This document shows positions 41,859-52,066 of a stretch of 64,000 nucleotides of DNA, in pieces (the stretch's first letter is position 1; the number at the start of each line of letters is the position of its first letter). The notes beneath the pieces were generated by a model. It was not told the origin of the DNA and did not search any database. It worked only from the letters and a program-made list of their open reading frames with translations. The DNA is from Escherichia phage JSE: the sequence record EU863408. One strand, written 5' to 3'. A program made the position numbers and the translations under genes.

Positions 41859-43361
41859 ATGCAAGATATTAAAATTCACTTTCTGAACTATTCCCATGTT
41901 CAAATTGAATGTAGCGATTCAATTTTATTAGAAATGCGAGATTATTTTAGTTTTGAAGTCGAGGGAGCGCGGTTTCAAAAACGAGTAAAATACGGAGGCT
42001 GGGATGGGCGTATTCGTCTTTTAGATTACAACGGAAAGCTGCCAATCGGCCTAACTAAAACCGTGGGAATCTTCGCTAAAAATATGGGCTATAGTGTATG
42101 GGTAGATCCTCGCTTATTCGAAAAAGAACAAGTTACAGAAGAAGAAATTACAAAATGGTGTAATGCCTTAGAATTATATTCCGGTGCTAACAGGATCACC
42201 CCGCATTGGTATCAATCAAAGGCTGTCTTTGAAGGTATCCATCATAAACGCCGTATGTTAGTTTTGCCTACGTCCGCTGGTAAATCTGCGATTGCTTGTA
42301 TGTTGTCTCGCTGGTACTTAGAGAACTACGAAGGGAAAGTGCTGATCATCGTTCCTACCACGTCGCTAGTGCTGCAAATGCGTGATGACTTTGTTGATTA
42401 TCGCCAGTTTCCTTATGAAGCAATTCATACTATCATGAGCGGTACTAGTAAACACGTAGGTGATCGCCTGATCGTTGTTAGTACGTGGCAATCTGCATGT
42501 AAACAACCTCGTGAGTGGTTCCAGCAATTTGGGATGGTTATTGTTGACGAATGTCACAAAGCCACTGCTAAAAACCTGCTAAACATCGTTACTGATATGG
42601 ATCATTGCCAGTTTAAGATCGGCATGACTGGTTCCCCTCGTGACGGGAAAGCTAACATGATGCAGTATGTCGGGCTTTTCGGTGATATTTCTAAGATCGT
42701 GAGTATTGACCGCCTGATGGAAGAAGGGCAGGTGACAAAACTGAAAATTAACTGTCTTTTCCTTCGTTATACCGATGAGGAATGTAGCGCGGTTAAGGGG
42801 CGAGAATATGCGGAAGAGATCAAGTATATTACATCTAACCCACGACGAAATAAGTTTGCTTGTAATTTGGCGCTAAAACTCGCTAAGAAGGGCGAAAACG
42901 TATTCCTGATGTTCCGCAACACTAAGCACGGAAAACTTATGTATGACGCGTTACAGAAGGTACACGACAAGGTTTATTATATTGACGGTGGAGTTAAGAC
43001 AGAAGAACGAGACGAGTTCAAAAAATTAGCGGAAGGGGAAACAGGGATCATTTGTGTTGCGTCTTATGGTGTATTCTCTACTGGTGTTTCAATTAAGAAT
43101 TTGCATCATGTTATTTTCGGTCATCCAGTGAAGGAATCAACTATCGTTCGTCAGAGTATCGGTCGTGCATTGCGTAAACATGGTTCTAAGGATATTGCAA
43201 CGGTCTGGGATCTTATCGATCATTTGGCGGTTAAGACAAAGAGCAAGAATGCTAAGAAACAGTTTAGCCACCTTAATTATGCTCTTAAACATGCGCTTGA
43301 AAGAATAAAAATTTACAACACCGATCGATTCGAATATGTCACGAAAACAATCGAGATCTAA
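41859..43361 (+). CDS. uvsW: UvsW DNA/RNA helicase
   Basis: 500 aa from ATG at 41859 (MQDIKIHF); motifs LPTSAGKS and VIVDECH; strong match to recalled T4 UvsW. Confidence 0.9.
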   Translation: MQDIKIHFLNYSHVQIECSDSILLEMRDYFSFEVEGARFQKRVKYGGWDGRIRLLDYNGKLPIGLTKTVGIFAKNMGYSVWVDPRLFEKEQVTEEEITKWCNALELYSGANRITPHWYQSKAVFEGIHHKRRMLVLPTSAGKSAIACMLSRWYLENYEGKVLIIVPTTSLVLQMRDDFVDYRQFPYEAIHTIMSGTSKHVGDRLIVVSTWQSACKQPREWFQQFGMVIVDECHKATAKNLLNIVTDMDHCQFKIGMTGSPRDGKANMMQYVGLFGDISKIVSIDRLMEEGQVTKLKINCLFLRYTDEECSAVKGREYAEEIKYITSNPRRNKFACNLALKLAKKGENVFLMFRNTKHGKLMYDALQKVHDKVYYIDGGVKTEERDEFKKLAEGETGIICVASYGVFSTGVSIKNLHHVIFGHPVKESTIVRQSIGRALRKHGSKDIATVWDLIDHLAVKTKSKNAKKQFSHLNYALKHALERIKIYNTDRFEYVTKTIEI

Positions 43362-43404
43362 TAAATAGGGGCTTTAATGCCCCTTTATTCTACGGAGATT
43401 AAAA

Positions 43405-43641
43405 ATGATTAGCTTTAAACGTTTTTTGGTTGAGGCCGCTATTGACGGTTTCATGAGTAAGATTTATTCTTGTAATACTATCGAGGGATTAAATGAACTT
43501 GAGGCATATTATGAGAAGCGCAAGAAAGAAACAGAATTGAAACCTGCTGATGACATTTCGATCCGTGATGCTATCGCTGGACGCCGTAAGCAACTGGAAG
43601 CGGACAACGAGCCAGAAGAGGAGCCGGAAGAGGATTTTTAA
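43405..43641 (+). CDS. uvsW.1: UvsW.1-like small protein
   Basis: 78 aa directly after uvsW. Confidence 0.65.
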   Translation: MISFKRFLVEAAIDGFMSKIYSCNTIEGLNELEAYYEKRKKETELKPADDISIRDAIAGRRKQLEADNEPEEEPEEDF

Positions 43642-43649
43642 GATATAAA

Positions 43650-43678
43650 AAAGCCCCATCAATGATGGGGCAAAATAA
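43650..43678. terminator. bidirectional hairpin terminator
   Basis: GCCCCATCA-a-TGATGGGGC flanked by A6 (plus) / T6 (minus). Confidence 0.55.
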
Positions 43679-43704
43679 ACCAATTAAAATCGGTTATCAA
43701 CAAA

Positions 43705-43881
43705 TTACATTAACAGCATTGTTTGCTCTACGAGTTGTTCTTGTTCTTCGCCGTTCGCATCTTCACTAATCGAACGTTCTGTTACTAGCTGTAAGCAGTA
43801 GCCAGTGTGAACAACGCCGTTTTCTGTCTGGACTGATAACGCATCCTCGACAGGTTGTTTACAACAAATACAGATTTTCAT
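43705..43881 (-). CDS. small CxxC protein at the uvsY.-1 position
   Basis: 58 aa (MKICICCKQP...); AGGAGG 7 nt before ATG. Confidence 0.45.
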   Translation of the reverse strand: MKICICCKQPVEDALSVQTENGVVHTGYCLQLVTERSISEDANGEEQEQLVEQTMLLM

Positions 43882-43902
43882 AAAAATTCCTCCTGCATGT
43901 AT

Positions 43903-44310
43903 TTAGCGACCAGATTCCAGCATACGCAATTCTATAGCATTCTTGATCGCAAATCCACGAGATTTAACGATATCAAGTGCGCGACCAGCAAAATCCATTA
44001 CCATCTGGTAATATGCAATTTTCGTATCAAGCGGTAAGATCTCGTCGTCTGCTGCCATGACAACTTTCAATTCTGATTTCTCATATTCAGCACGACACCA
44101 GTCATCACTACGGTTAGTGTAAAAGTCAAGACGATTTTTCATAGCCTTTTTCTTTTTAGCCTCAAGAGCAATCGTCTCTCTTTTCGCCTCGCTGTAAATC
44201 CTTAACCACTTTGAGTATACTACCGGATTATTCAGCGCCTCCCATTGCAACTTAGTCGCATCGATCTTCATGTCAGCTTCTAATTGTTCTTTCAAATCGT
44301 TTAGGTCCAT
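43903..44310 (-). CDS. uvsY: UvsY recombination mediator
   Basis: 135 aa; KLQWEALNN and KSRGFAIKN match recalled T4 UvsY. Confidence 0.85.
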   Translation of the reverse strand: MDLNDLKEQLEADMKIDATKLQWEALNNPVVYSKWLRIYSEAKRETIALEAKKKKAMKNRLDFYTNRSDDWCRAEYEKSELKVVMAADDEILPLDTKIAYYQMVMDFAGRALDIVKSRGFAIKNAIELRMLESGR

Positions 44311-44357
44311 AATATCCCCTTATTCACACTAAGACCTATATCATATCACACACAAAA

Positions 44358-44756
44358 TCACTTTGCAAGTCTTATGCGTAGTTGTTCAAGATCATCTGGG
44401 TTATCTATTACTGAAAAGTAGATTGATACTATGATTGAGTTATCGTCGTACTGCGGAGTTACTTCTACTGTCAGGTTTCGGACCCGTGGTTCATAGTTTC
44501 GGATCGCCTCATTGATGTTTTTTGATAAGGTATCCACTGTCAGTGGGTTCATGTTCTCAAACAGTGATTTATTGAGATCGCATCCAAACAGTGGATCAAA
44601 TGGACGAGATCCCTTGCGAGTAGTCACGATCAGTAGAATAGAATCTTTAACCGCTTTAATCCCTATGTTCTTTTTAACGTCGTTATTCCACGATCTGGAT
44701 ATATTGAGATCCAAATCAGTATACATCTGATTAATAGTTGCCATGTTATACCTCAA
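44358..44756 (-). CDS. 25: baseplate wedge protein gp25-like
   Basis: 132 aa; TTRKGSRPFDP.FGCDL and YEPR...FSVIDNPDD match recalled T4 gp25. Confidence 0.9.
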   Translation of the reverse strand: MRYNMATINQMYTDLDLNISRSWNNDVKKNIGIKAVKDSILLIVTTRKGSRPFDPLFGCDLNKSLFENMNPLTVDTLSKNINEAIRNYEPRVRNLTVEVTPQYDDNSIIVSIYFSVIDNPDDLEQLRIRLAK

Positions 44757-45382
44757 AGAATTTTAAGGAAACTGGATAGACCTGATAATGAATATACACC
44801 AGATTCCCCGCATTCGCACTTGATCGGTACTGCCAGCGTGATTTGATTTCTTGTTAGCTCGTCGATCACTTCTTCCACTTTATCCGTGGTAAGCATATCC
44901 AGCACGCGGTCAAAGTCCTGTGCGTTCAGGTCGTCTATATTGAATTGCTGATCGCCGATCACGATATATTCGATACATGCAATTACCATCTGCATAATAT
45001 CAACATCTTCTGTAAACTTAGGTTGACGAAACTTGATTTTTACTTGTCCTAAGTCCAGAATATACGGTTCAACTTCTGGTATCTGTGTGCGTGAAACATC
45101 AAGAGAGTATACTTTCTCTTTATTGCATACACCACACACCCAAGTAGCATCAATTTTCATCTTATTGAGGCTGTGACACCATAAGAGAAGAAAAATATAT
45201 TCTGCTTCGCATTTCTCTAGCTCTAATGCATTGATCCCCGTACATTCATGTATGATCTCTATAACAACCTCTGACAGCTTGCCAGTCTCTTTTGCTGCTA
45301 CCAGTTTTTGAAATTCGCCGAAGGTGAAAGCACGGGCGTGTATCAACTTTTCGCCTAATTGGATCTTGAAAAAGTATTGCAT
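44753..45382 (-). CDS. 26: baseplate hub protein gp26-like
   Basis: 209 aa; position. Confidence 0.75.
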   Translation of the reverse strand: MQYFFKIQLGEKLIHARAFTFGEFQKLVAAKETGKLSEVVIEIIHECTGINALELEKCEAEYIFLLLWCHSLNKMKIDATWVCGVCNKEKVYSLDVSRTQIPEVEPYILDLGQVKIKFRQPKFTEDVDIMQMVIACIEYIVIGDQQFNIDDLNAQDFDRVLDMLTTDKVEEVIDELTRNQITLAVPIKCECGESGVYSLSGLSSFLKIL

Positions 45383-45424
45383 AATAAAACACCCTTTATA
45401 AACACATAGAATTATTTAGTATTT

Positions 45425-45432
45425 TATAAATA
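45425..45432 (+). promoter_or_regulatory. late promoter TATAAATA upstream of gene 51
   Basis: exact TATAAATA 20 nt before the ATG. Confidence 0.45.
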
Positions 45433-45452
45433 CCCGAAAGGGGGATTATACC

Positions 45453-46223
45453 ATGAATATTATCCGAATAAAACTGCCGGAAGGTGTGCAGAGATTTAAA
45501 CCATTCACGGTAAAAGATTATAGAGATTTCCTTCTGGTGTCAACTGAAATTAAGATGAATCCAGAAGAAGAACAAACGATTCTGGATGAGCTATTAGAAG
45601 AAATATATCCAGAAGTAGATCCGGCATTTCGTGAATATATTTTCCTGAATGTCTTTACTAGCTCAATTGGTAAAACAAAGATACCGCTTTGTTTTACTTG
45701 CCCGACTTGCAACAAAGAAAGAAAAATGTTGCTTAACTTACAGGTTGAAGCACTAAAACCAATCGTTCTAGAGGCCGCAGGGCTTAAAATAACTTTCCGG
45801 TATGTTAAACCATCAACCGACTATGCAAAAACGTTTCTGGATGCGATAGAGCGTGTATCTGATGGTATTAATGATTATCTATGGACTGAATTACCGGAAG
45901 AAGTTAGAGAACAGGTTATCGATTCAATCTCATTTGCTGAATTTGAAGAAGTTGTTAAGCAGATGCACACAATCAAGATCGAACAAAAGATATCTTGTTG
46001 TGAAAGTCATGACCTGAAATACATAGGTCTTCTTCCATTATTCAAATTGTTGTTGAATCCAGATGAGTTATTCATCTTTTATCGAATAAACCATCTATTG
46101 GCAAAATCAAATTATTCTATCAGTGATCTTATGGATATGTTACCGATTGAGAGAAACATTGCACTGACACTGGTCGAGAAAGACGTAAAAGAGGCAAATA
46201 ATGCAAAGAACGGGGTTTCCTAA
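45453..46223 (+). CDS. 51: baseplate hub assembly protein gp51-like
   Basis: 256 aa; position. Confidence 0.75.
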   Translation: MNIIRIKLPEGVQRFKPFTVKDYRDFLLVSTEIKMNPEEEQTILDELLEEIYPEVDPAFREYIFLNVFTSSIGKTKIPLCFTCPTCNKERKMLLNLQVEALKPIVLEAAGLKITFRYVKPSTDYAKTFLDAIERVSDGINDYLWTELPEEVREQVIDSISFAEFEEVVKQMHTIKIEQKISCCESHDLKYIGLLPLFKLLLNPDELFIFYRINHLLAKSNYSISDLMDMLPIERNIALTLVEKDVKEANNAKNGVS

Positions 46224-47311
46224 TGTCTCAATAAAACTTTATCAGGATTATGAGGCATTTCTAAATCATCGCTTTATAGAGTTGGGTGCTACCTTTGTTA
46301 CAATGACTCTGCGTGATTCGATTCGTGGGGTGAATGAAGGATTGTTGCAATTCTATGATAATAAGGCGATGCATACAAAATTAAACGGGAGAGAGATCAT
46401 TCAGATTTCGCTATCCACTGCTAATACAGATGAAGTGTTTAACCGAATCTATGGGATCTCTCATAGTAATGTAACAATTGACCAAAAATCCGACAACATT
46501 TTAACATTCCAGTTAAAGAGCTATCACGAAACACTAAACCTTAAATTTTCTCGCTCATTGACAAATAACGCGGTTAATAACGTAACTAGCATGATTGATG
46601 CCATCTATAAGGAAGTTCCTTTATGGAAACCTACTATAAAGGGTGATAACGTTGTTATTCCTCGTTGTCCGTGGGTTAGTACCATAAATGACTATATGGA
46701 TTTTGTTAGGGCATACGGGCAAAGCGTAGAAACCGAGTCTTTCGTGTATTGCTGGGAAGATTTTGATGGTATAACGATTGCTGGATACGATACAATATTA
46801 AAAAATGAGCCAATACCAGCTATAATCTGTGAGCCTAGACTCATGGGGCAATTTATTGATATGTCGCCTAATCTGATGGTTTTTAATTTTGAGTGGCAGA
46901 CTAAGAGCAATGCTAAAGTTAAAAAATTCATTTAGCAATGTGACATACACCACTATTGATTTTGTTACTAAGCAGTATAATAAAATTATTGTTGGTAATG
47001 GGGATAATATTGCACACTTTGCTCATGGTGGCGCTTATGGCGATTTAACTTATAAGAATGCGTTTTTGGAAGGTTCTAAACTTGCCACAATAGAACAATA
47101 TGATTCATATGCTACCGCCGTGTGTCACGGTAATTTTTCGTTGCGCCCCGGTATGGTTATTCGATTCTTTGATGAGAAGCAACAAGCACGCAATGATTTT
47201 ATTGTTGACGAAGTGGTGCATGAAATTAGCCGAGAGCAATCATTAACTCACCTGTATATGATCGGTAACAGCGAAGAATTACAGGAAGTCAAATTTGAAG
47301 GTAAGATATAA
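46201..47311 (+). CDS. 27: baseplate hub protein gp27-like, interrupted by a 1-nt frameshift at an A6 run (46921-46926)
   Basis: ORFs 46201-46935 and 46889-47311 together align to recalled T4 gp27; removing one A gives ...WQTKSNAKVKNSFSNVTYTTIDF... Confidence 0.7.
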
Positions 47312-47829
47312 TGACAGAAACTAAACCTATGTTAAAATTTGTTGTTCCTGTAAAAAAATTAGAGATAAACGGGAAACATATTAAGATCCCAAAAATGGGG
47401 ATTAAGCAACATCGATTATTAAAAGATGTTCGTAGCTGTGATGAAACATTAAAGATTCTTCTTGATTCAATCTGTCCTGGGTTAAACGCAGCCGAGTCTG
47501 AGTTGGTTATGCTTAACCTTTGTGCGTTTAATGGTAAGTGTCTGGAAGAAAAAGATGGTCTTAAGTTGTCTGATGTATATATTTGTACAGAGACTGAATT
47601 TACTTTAAATGGTAAAGTCTTTAAATTTAAAAATCCAATGTATACTTCTGACCCCATTATCGATGACGCTGATTTCTTGAGTCATCATTATCACGATCCT
47701 AGCGTAGACTTCCATGATTTCCCAGCTTTTATTATGGATTGGGCTACAGGATTAAGAAAAACTATTGCACTGGATACACCGGAAGGTACTATCTATGGTG
47801 GAATTAACATATTGGATCGCCTATCATGA
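47311..47829 (+). CDS. 28: baseplate hub distal protein gp28-like
   Basis: 172 aa; position. Confidence 0.75.
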   Translation: MTETKPMLKFVVPVKKLEINGKHIKIPKMGIKQHRLLKDVRSCDETLKILLDSICPGLNAAESELVMLNLCAFNGKCLEEKDGLKLSDVYICTETEFTLNGKVFKFKNPMYTSDPIIDDADFLSHHYHDPSVDFHDFPAFIMDWATGLRKTIALDTPEGTIYGGINILDRLS

Positions 47830-49559
47830 ATGACGCATTAACATCATTTCGCGGGATGCGCAAGGAAGCGGAAGAAAACCCGATTGATAAACTTAACAAA
47901 TTAGATAAACTTAATTCTATTGATAATTTGCAAGCCGCTACCGAATTGGTGGCAGAGACAGTAGAGCAAAAATCTAATGAAGTTGTTGGTGCGGTCGAGG
48001 ATAACACCGCAGCCAATGAATTGACGGCAGAAAATACACAATCTACCGCTGGCAATACCCAAAAAACTTATGAAGAATTGCAAAAACTCAATAATTTCTC
48101 TTCTCAGATGAATGAGAAATTACGTGGTTTTGGTGTTATGATGGAACGTAGATTTGGTGTTGTCAGTAAAATGGCTAGCGGTATTGGTGCGATTGAAGAA
48201 GCATTGAAAAAACCGGAACAACCGCAAACAATGCCATCACCTCAGCCAGTTTTGCCTACTGTACCGGAACAGCCTAACAATGACAACTATCAAGGTCTTC
48301 CAAAGAAAAAACCAGATGCTGATGACCGAAAGAAAAAGAACGCCACAGATAAGCGTAATGCTGATTCTATGGAAAATCTTCTTAAAGTTGTTCGTGGAGG
48401 ATTTAAAGAAACCATAGGTATCTCTAATAAGGTCTTAGGGATGTTATTTAAGATCACTTTGACCGCTATGGCAGAAGCCGCAAAATGGGGTGCTATTTTG
48501 ATGGGTATTGTTTTTGTCATTGATACCCTGATGGTTCATTTCAGATATTGGAGTGATTTATTCGAAACAAAATTCAATGAATTTATGGATAAGGCCGGAG
48601 GATGGGCTGGTCCTATTAGCGATATTTTAACTACTGTTCGTCAGGTTCGAGATTATTGGTCTAAAGGCGAATATGGAGAGTTAATTAAATCTCTTGTTAT
48701 GGGTATTGGTGATGCATTCTATAAAACCTTTATCCAACTTGATCGAATTATCACTACGGGTATTGCTAAAATTCTTCGTATGATCCCTGGCATGGGTGAT
48801 TATGCCGATAAGTTAGAATATGGTGCTTTAAAATCTGCTGTCGCTCAAGGCTATACGCCAAATGAAAGAGAACTCGAATTAATGGATAAGGTCGAGTCTG
48901 AACACGAAGAAGACAAATATGGAGAGCGCACAGGGTGGACCGGAAAAGCCCGTGATATTGGCGAGGCCATAGGCGAATCTATTAAGGATAAAGTTAACGA
49001 AGGTCTTGTTAGTCTGGGCTGGAGAGATCAAAAGGATGTTGACGCAGAGAAACGACAAGAAGAATTAAAACGCGGAGAATATAAGTCTGTTTCTGCTGAA
49101 CAACGATCTGCTAGTCGTAAACTTAGAATTAAAAGCGAGGGCGCGATCAATAATATTAATGAAGTTATGGAGAATTTGAGCGGTGACTATGACAAAGAAA
49201 GAATGGGAGAGTTGAAAAAGGATATTGATGTTTACCGTGAGCAAGTTCAAGATCCTACATTAGTTGAAAGTGATCGTTCTCAGTTAGAGCGTCTTATTGA
49301 AAAATTTGATGAGATGTATGCTGATAAAACTAAGGGTGTGGTTCCAACTAAATCTGTTCCGGCAACTGAAACGGAAACAGCAAAACAAGCGGAACGTACT
49401 GAACAAATGCAGAAACAAGCTGCAATCCAGCAACAAACGACAAATCAGACCTCAAACGTAAATAATACACAAATTGTAACAAACAATAGAACTATTAAAC
49501 AGGGTGCACCAACAACTAGAATTGATGCCCCAGGTACAATTAATATGGGGAACTTTTAA
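47826..49559 (+). CDS. 29: baseplate hub / tail length determinator gp29-like
   Basis: 577 aa; position. Confidence 0.75.
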   Translation: MNDALTSFRGMRKEAEENPIDKLNKLDKLNSIDNLQAATELVAETVEQKSNEVVGAVEDNTAANELTAENTQSTAGNTQKTYEELQKLNNFSSQMNEKLRGFGVMMERRFGVVSKMASGIGAIEEALKKPEQPQTMPSPQPVLPTVPEQPNNDNYQGLPKKKPDADDRKKKNATDKRNADSMENLLKVVRGGFKETIGISNKVLGMLFKITLTAMAEAAKWGAILMGIVFVIDTLMVHFRYWSDLFETKFNEFMDKAGGWAGPISDILTTVRQVRDYWSKGEYGELIKSLVMGIGDAFYKTFIQLDRIITTGIAKILRMIPGMGDYADKLEYGALKSAVAQGYTPNERELELMDKVESEHEEDKYGERTGWTGKARDIGEAIGESIKDKVNEGLVSLGWRDQKDVDAEKRQEELKRGEYKSVSAEQRSASRKLRIKSEGAINNINEVMENLSGDYDKERMGELKKDIDVYREQVQDPTLVESDRSQLERLIEKFDEMYADKTKGVVPTKSVPATETETAKQAERTEQMQKQAAIQQQTTNQTSNVNNTQIVTNNRTIKQGAPTTRIDAPGTINMGNF

Positions 49560-50617
49560 TGAAAATTAGTGTTATCAATGATGCCGTTGATAGCTTTAAA
49601 GCGGGGGTTAAAACCTCCGCTGGTTTTACCTCAAAAAATAAAGGGAAAACATTAACCGCTCAATTCCCCGCTGAACGTGCTAGCGGTAATGATGCTAGCG
49701 GTTATTATATCAACGACTTATATAATAATGGTCTGTTATTCACTGCATACGATTACACATCCCGTACTACTGGATCGTTGCGTGATTTCAGGAAAAAGAA
49801 AAATGTTGCTAGCGGTTTTGGCGGTAGCGTTAATATCGCTGGTTTTGATTTAAATTTGGGTGGGAGAAATGCTGCATTTGACCGAGAGGCAATTGCTAAT
49901 ATTCTTCTTCCTCGTAGTCAATCTGACGTTGACGCTGCCAGCCATAAGTTTAATGATGTTGGTGAATCTGTTATTTCTCGCGGCGGTGGTACTTTAGGCG
50001 GTGCTCTTTCTAATATGGCATCTACTGCCGTTTTTGGTGGTATCGAAAGTATTACTGGTGGATACCTTGCCGATCACGGTGAACAGATTTATAATACTGC
50101 GCGAAGCATGTATGCGGGTGCTGACGCACGAACGAAAAACTACGTATGGCATCTAACCCCACGTAGTATTGAAGACCTTCGCAATATTCTGATCATATAC
50201 GAAACGTTTTTAGAGTTGTCTTATGGTTCTAGTGGTATTTCCAGCACCGCAAAAGAATTAAAAGCGGAAGTTGATGCGTGGTATAAAAATACACTATTGA
50301 GCAAATCCACTCCAGCCGAGGCAAAGAGAAATGATACGCTGTTTGAAGGGATCACCGATTTTCTATCCAACGTAATTACTGTATCTAACCCGACAATATG
50401 GATGATCTCTAACTTCGGCAAGCGTACATCGTTTGAAGGGCGTAGCGATGCATTTGGTCCCGCTCAGATCTCAAGTGTACGTCTGGACAAGTCGCCTGAT
50501 GGTAAGTTTAATGGCCTTGCTATTTCTCCTAACTTGCCGAGTACCTTTGTTCTGGAAGTATCATTTAGAGAGATCTTGACACTTTCCCGTGGTACTATAT
50601 TTGGGAGTGCGGCATAA
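49559..50617 (+). CDS. 48: baseplate-tail tube junction protein gp48-like
   Basis: 352 aa; position. Confidence 0.75.
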   Translation: MKISVINDAVDSFKAGVKTSAGFTSKNKGKTLTAQFPAERASGNDASGYYINDLYNNGLLFTAYDYTSRTTGSLRDFRKKKNVASGFGGSVNIAGFDLNLGGRNAAFDREAIANILLPRSQSDVDAASHKFNDVGESVISRGGGTLGGALSNMASTAVFGGIESITGGYLADHGEQIYNTARSMYAGADARTKNYVWHLTPRSIEDLRNILIIYETFLELSYGSSGISSTAKELKAEVDAWYKNTLLSKSTPAEAKRNDTLFEGITDFLSNVITVSNPTIWMISNFGKRTSFEGRSDAFGPAQISSVRLDKSPDGKFNGLAISPNLPSTFVLEVSFREILTLSRGTIFGSAA

Positions 50618-51549
50618 TGTTTGATTTAAATGACTTTAACGAACAAGCCGCTAACCTTGACTTTCAGCGATCTAACTTATTCAGCGTGGCATTTGCCACC
50701 ACTCCAAGTAATAAGACACAAGCGATCCTAGAAAGTATGGGTGGTGCGGTATATGATATTATACCAAATGCATTAAATGACTATTTCGGGATTACTCGTG
50801 GTGATTATACTGACGCATTAACAAATCTTGCTGTACAGGGTGTTAGGCGTGCTGTTGATTCATCTGGTGTCAAAAAGTATCTTTTAGGTGCAATGTCATC
50901 CCGCGTAGTTCAATCTCTTCTGGGGCAATTTGATGTTGGTACATATGCGCTTGACTGGTTCAATATGGCATATAAGACAAGCGGTCTTCTGGTGTATGCT
51001 GTTAAGGTTCCAGAAAACAGATTGAATTATGAAATGGACCGTAACCACAATGCGCCAAACATTCGAATTACCGGACGTGATTTTGATCCGCTTGTATTGA
51101 GCTTTAGAATGGACTCTAGCGCATCAAACTATAGAGCAATGCAGGATTGGGTTAACTCAGTAGAAGACCCCGTTACAGGGCTTCGTGCGCTTCCTGTTGA
51201 CGTTGAAGCAGATATTCAGGTCAACTTACATAACCGAATGGGAGTTCCTCACACGATCATGATGTTTAATGGTTGTGTTCCTGTTGGTGTGAGTGCACCG
51301 GAATTAAACTATGAAAACAACAACGAAATCACAACATTCGATGTTACTTTCGCATATCGTTCTATGCAAACTGGTGCTGTAGGAGAGCAAGCCGCGCGAG
51401 AATGGATTGAGGATAAGGCAATAAACGCAATAACAAACACTTTCGGTAATAATTTACTTGATAGTGGGTTATCTGCTGCTGGTAATGCTTTATCGCGTCT
51501 AAATGGCGTTGGTGGGCGTGTGGTGAATACTGTCACTAACTGGTTCTGA
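50617..51549 (+). CDS. 54: baseplate-tail tube initiator gp54-like
   Basis: 310 aa; position. Confidence 0.75.
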   Translation: MFDLNDFNEQAANLDFQRSNLFSVAFATTPSNKTQAILESMGGAVYDIIPNALNDYFGITRGDYTDALTNLAVQGVRRAVDSSGVKKYLLGAMSSRVVQSLLGQFDVGTYALDWFNMAYKTSGLLVYAVKVPENRLNYEMDRNHNAPNIRITGRDFDPLVLSFRMDSSASNYRAMQDWVNSVEDPVTGLRALPVDVEADIQVNLHNRMGVPHTIMMFNGCVPVGVSAPELNYENNNEITTFDVTFAYRSMQTGAVGEQAAREWIEDKAINAITNTFGNNLLDSGLSAAGNALSRLNGVGGRVVNTVTNWF

Positions 51550-51558
51550 TAATCGAAA

Positions 51559-51587
51559 GGCGGGGATAATCCCCGCCTTTTTATTTT
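51559..51587. terminator. bidirectional terminator between gene 54 and the lipoprotein gene
   Basis: GGCGGGG-ataat-CCCCGCC followed by TTTTTATTTT. Confidence 0.6.
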
Positions 51588-52066
51588 GCTAAATCATTGC
51601 AATATTTTAGTGCCTTAGTTTGAAATTCTGCGCTGTTAAGTTCTTCATAACGGTCATAATCACCGTTTAATGCTGCCTTTCTTGCTTCTTGCTCTATCTG
51701 CATGTCAGACATGATAATACAGCGATCCCGTGCTTTCATCTTCTCAAGTTGTATAGACTCTTCTTTCTGTTTGCGCAATTCTTCTTGACGCTTCTTTTCT
51801 TCTCGTGCTTTCTCTTCCCGCGCTTCTTTGATTGCATCCTTGAACATCTGCGTTTGTGGTGCTAAACCAACTTTAACGCGATCCACGTCTCGACGTTCCA
51901 TTTTAGAAATAAAGCATGATTCGATCTGATCATCACTTGCATATGCTGCTTTACATTCACGAAGCAAGAAAACCGGATCTGATTTAGCATTCATCATAGC
52001 TTCCATGTTAGCACAACCAGTAAGAATGAATGCAGCCGCAAGACCAATCAGTTTAATCATTTTCAT
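51581..52066 (-). CDS. putative lipoprotein
   Basis: 161 aa; signal peptide with lipobox LTGC; charged helical C-terminal half. Confidence 0.55.
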   Translation of the reverse strand: MKMIKLIGLAAAFILTGCANMEAMMNAKSDPVFLLRECKAAYASDDQIESCFISKMERRDVDRVKVGLAPQTQMFKDAIKEAREEKAREEKKRQEELRKQKEESIQLEKMKARDRCIIMSDMQIEQEARKAALNGDYDRYEELNSAEFQTKALKYCNDLAK

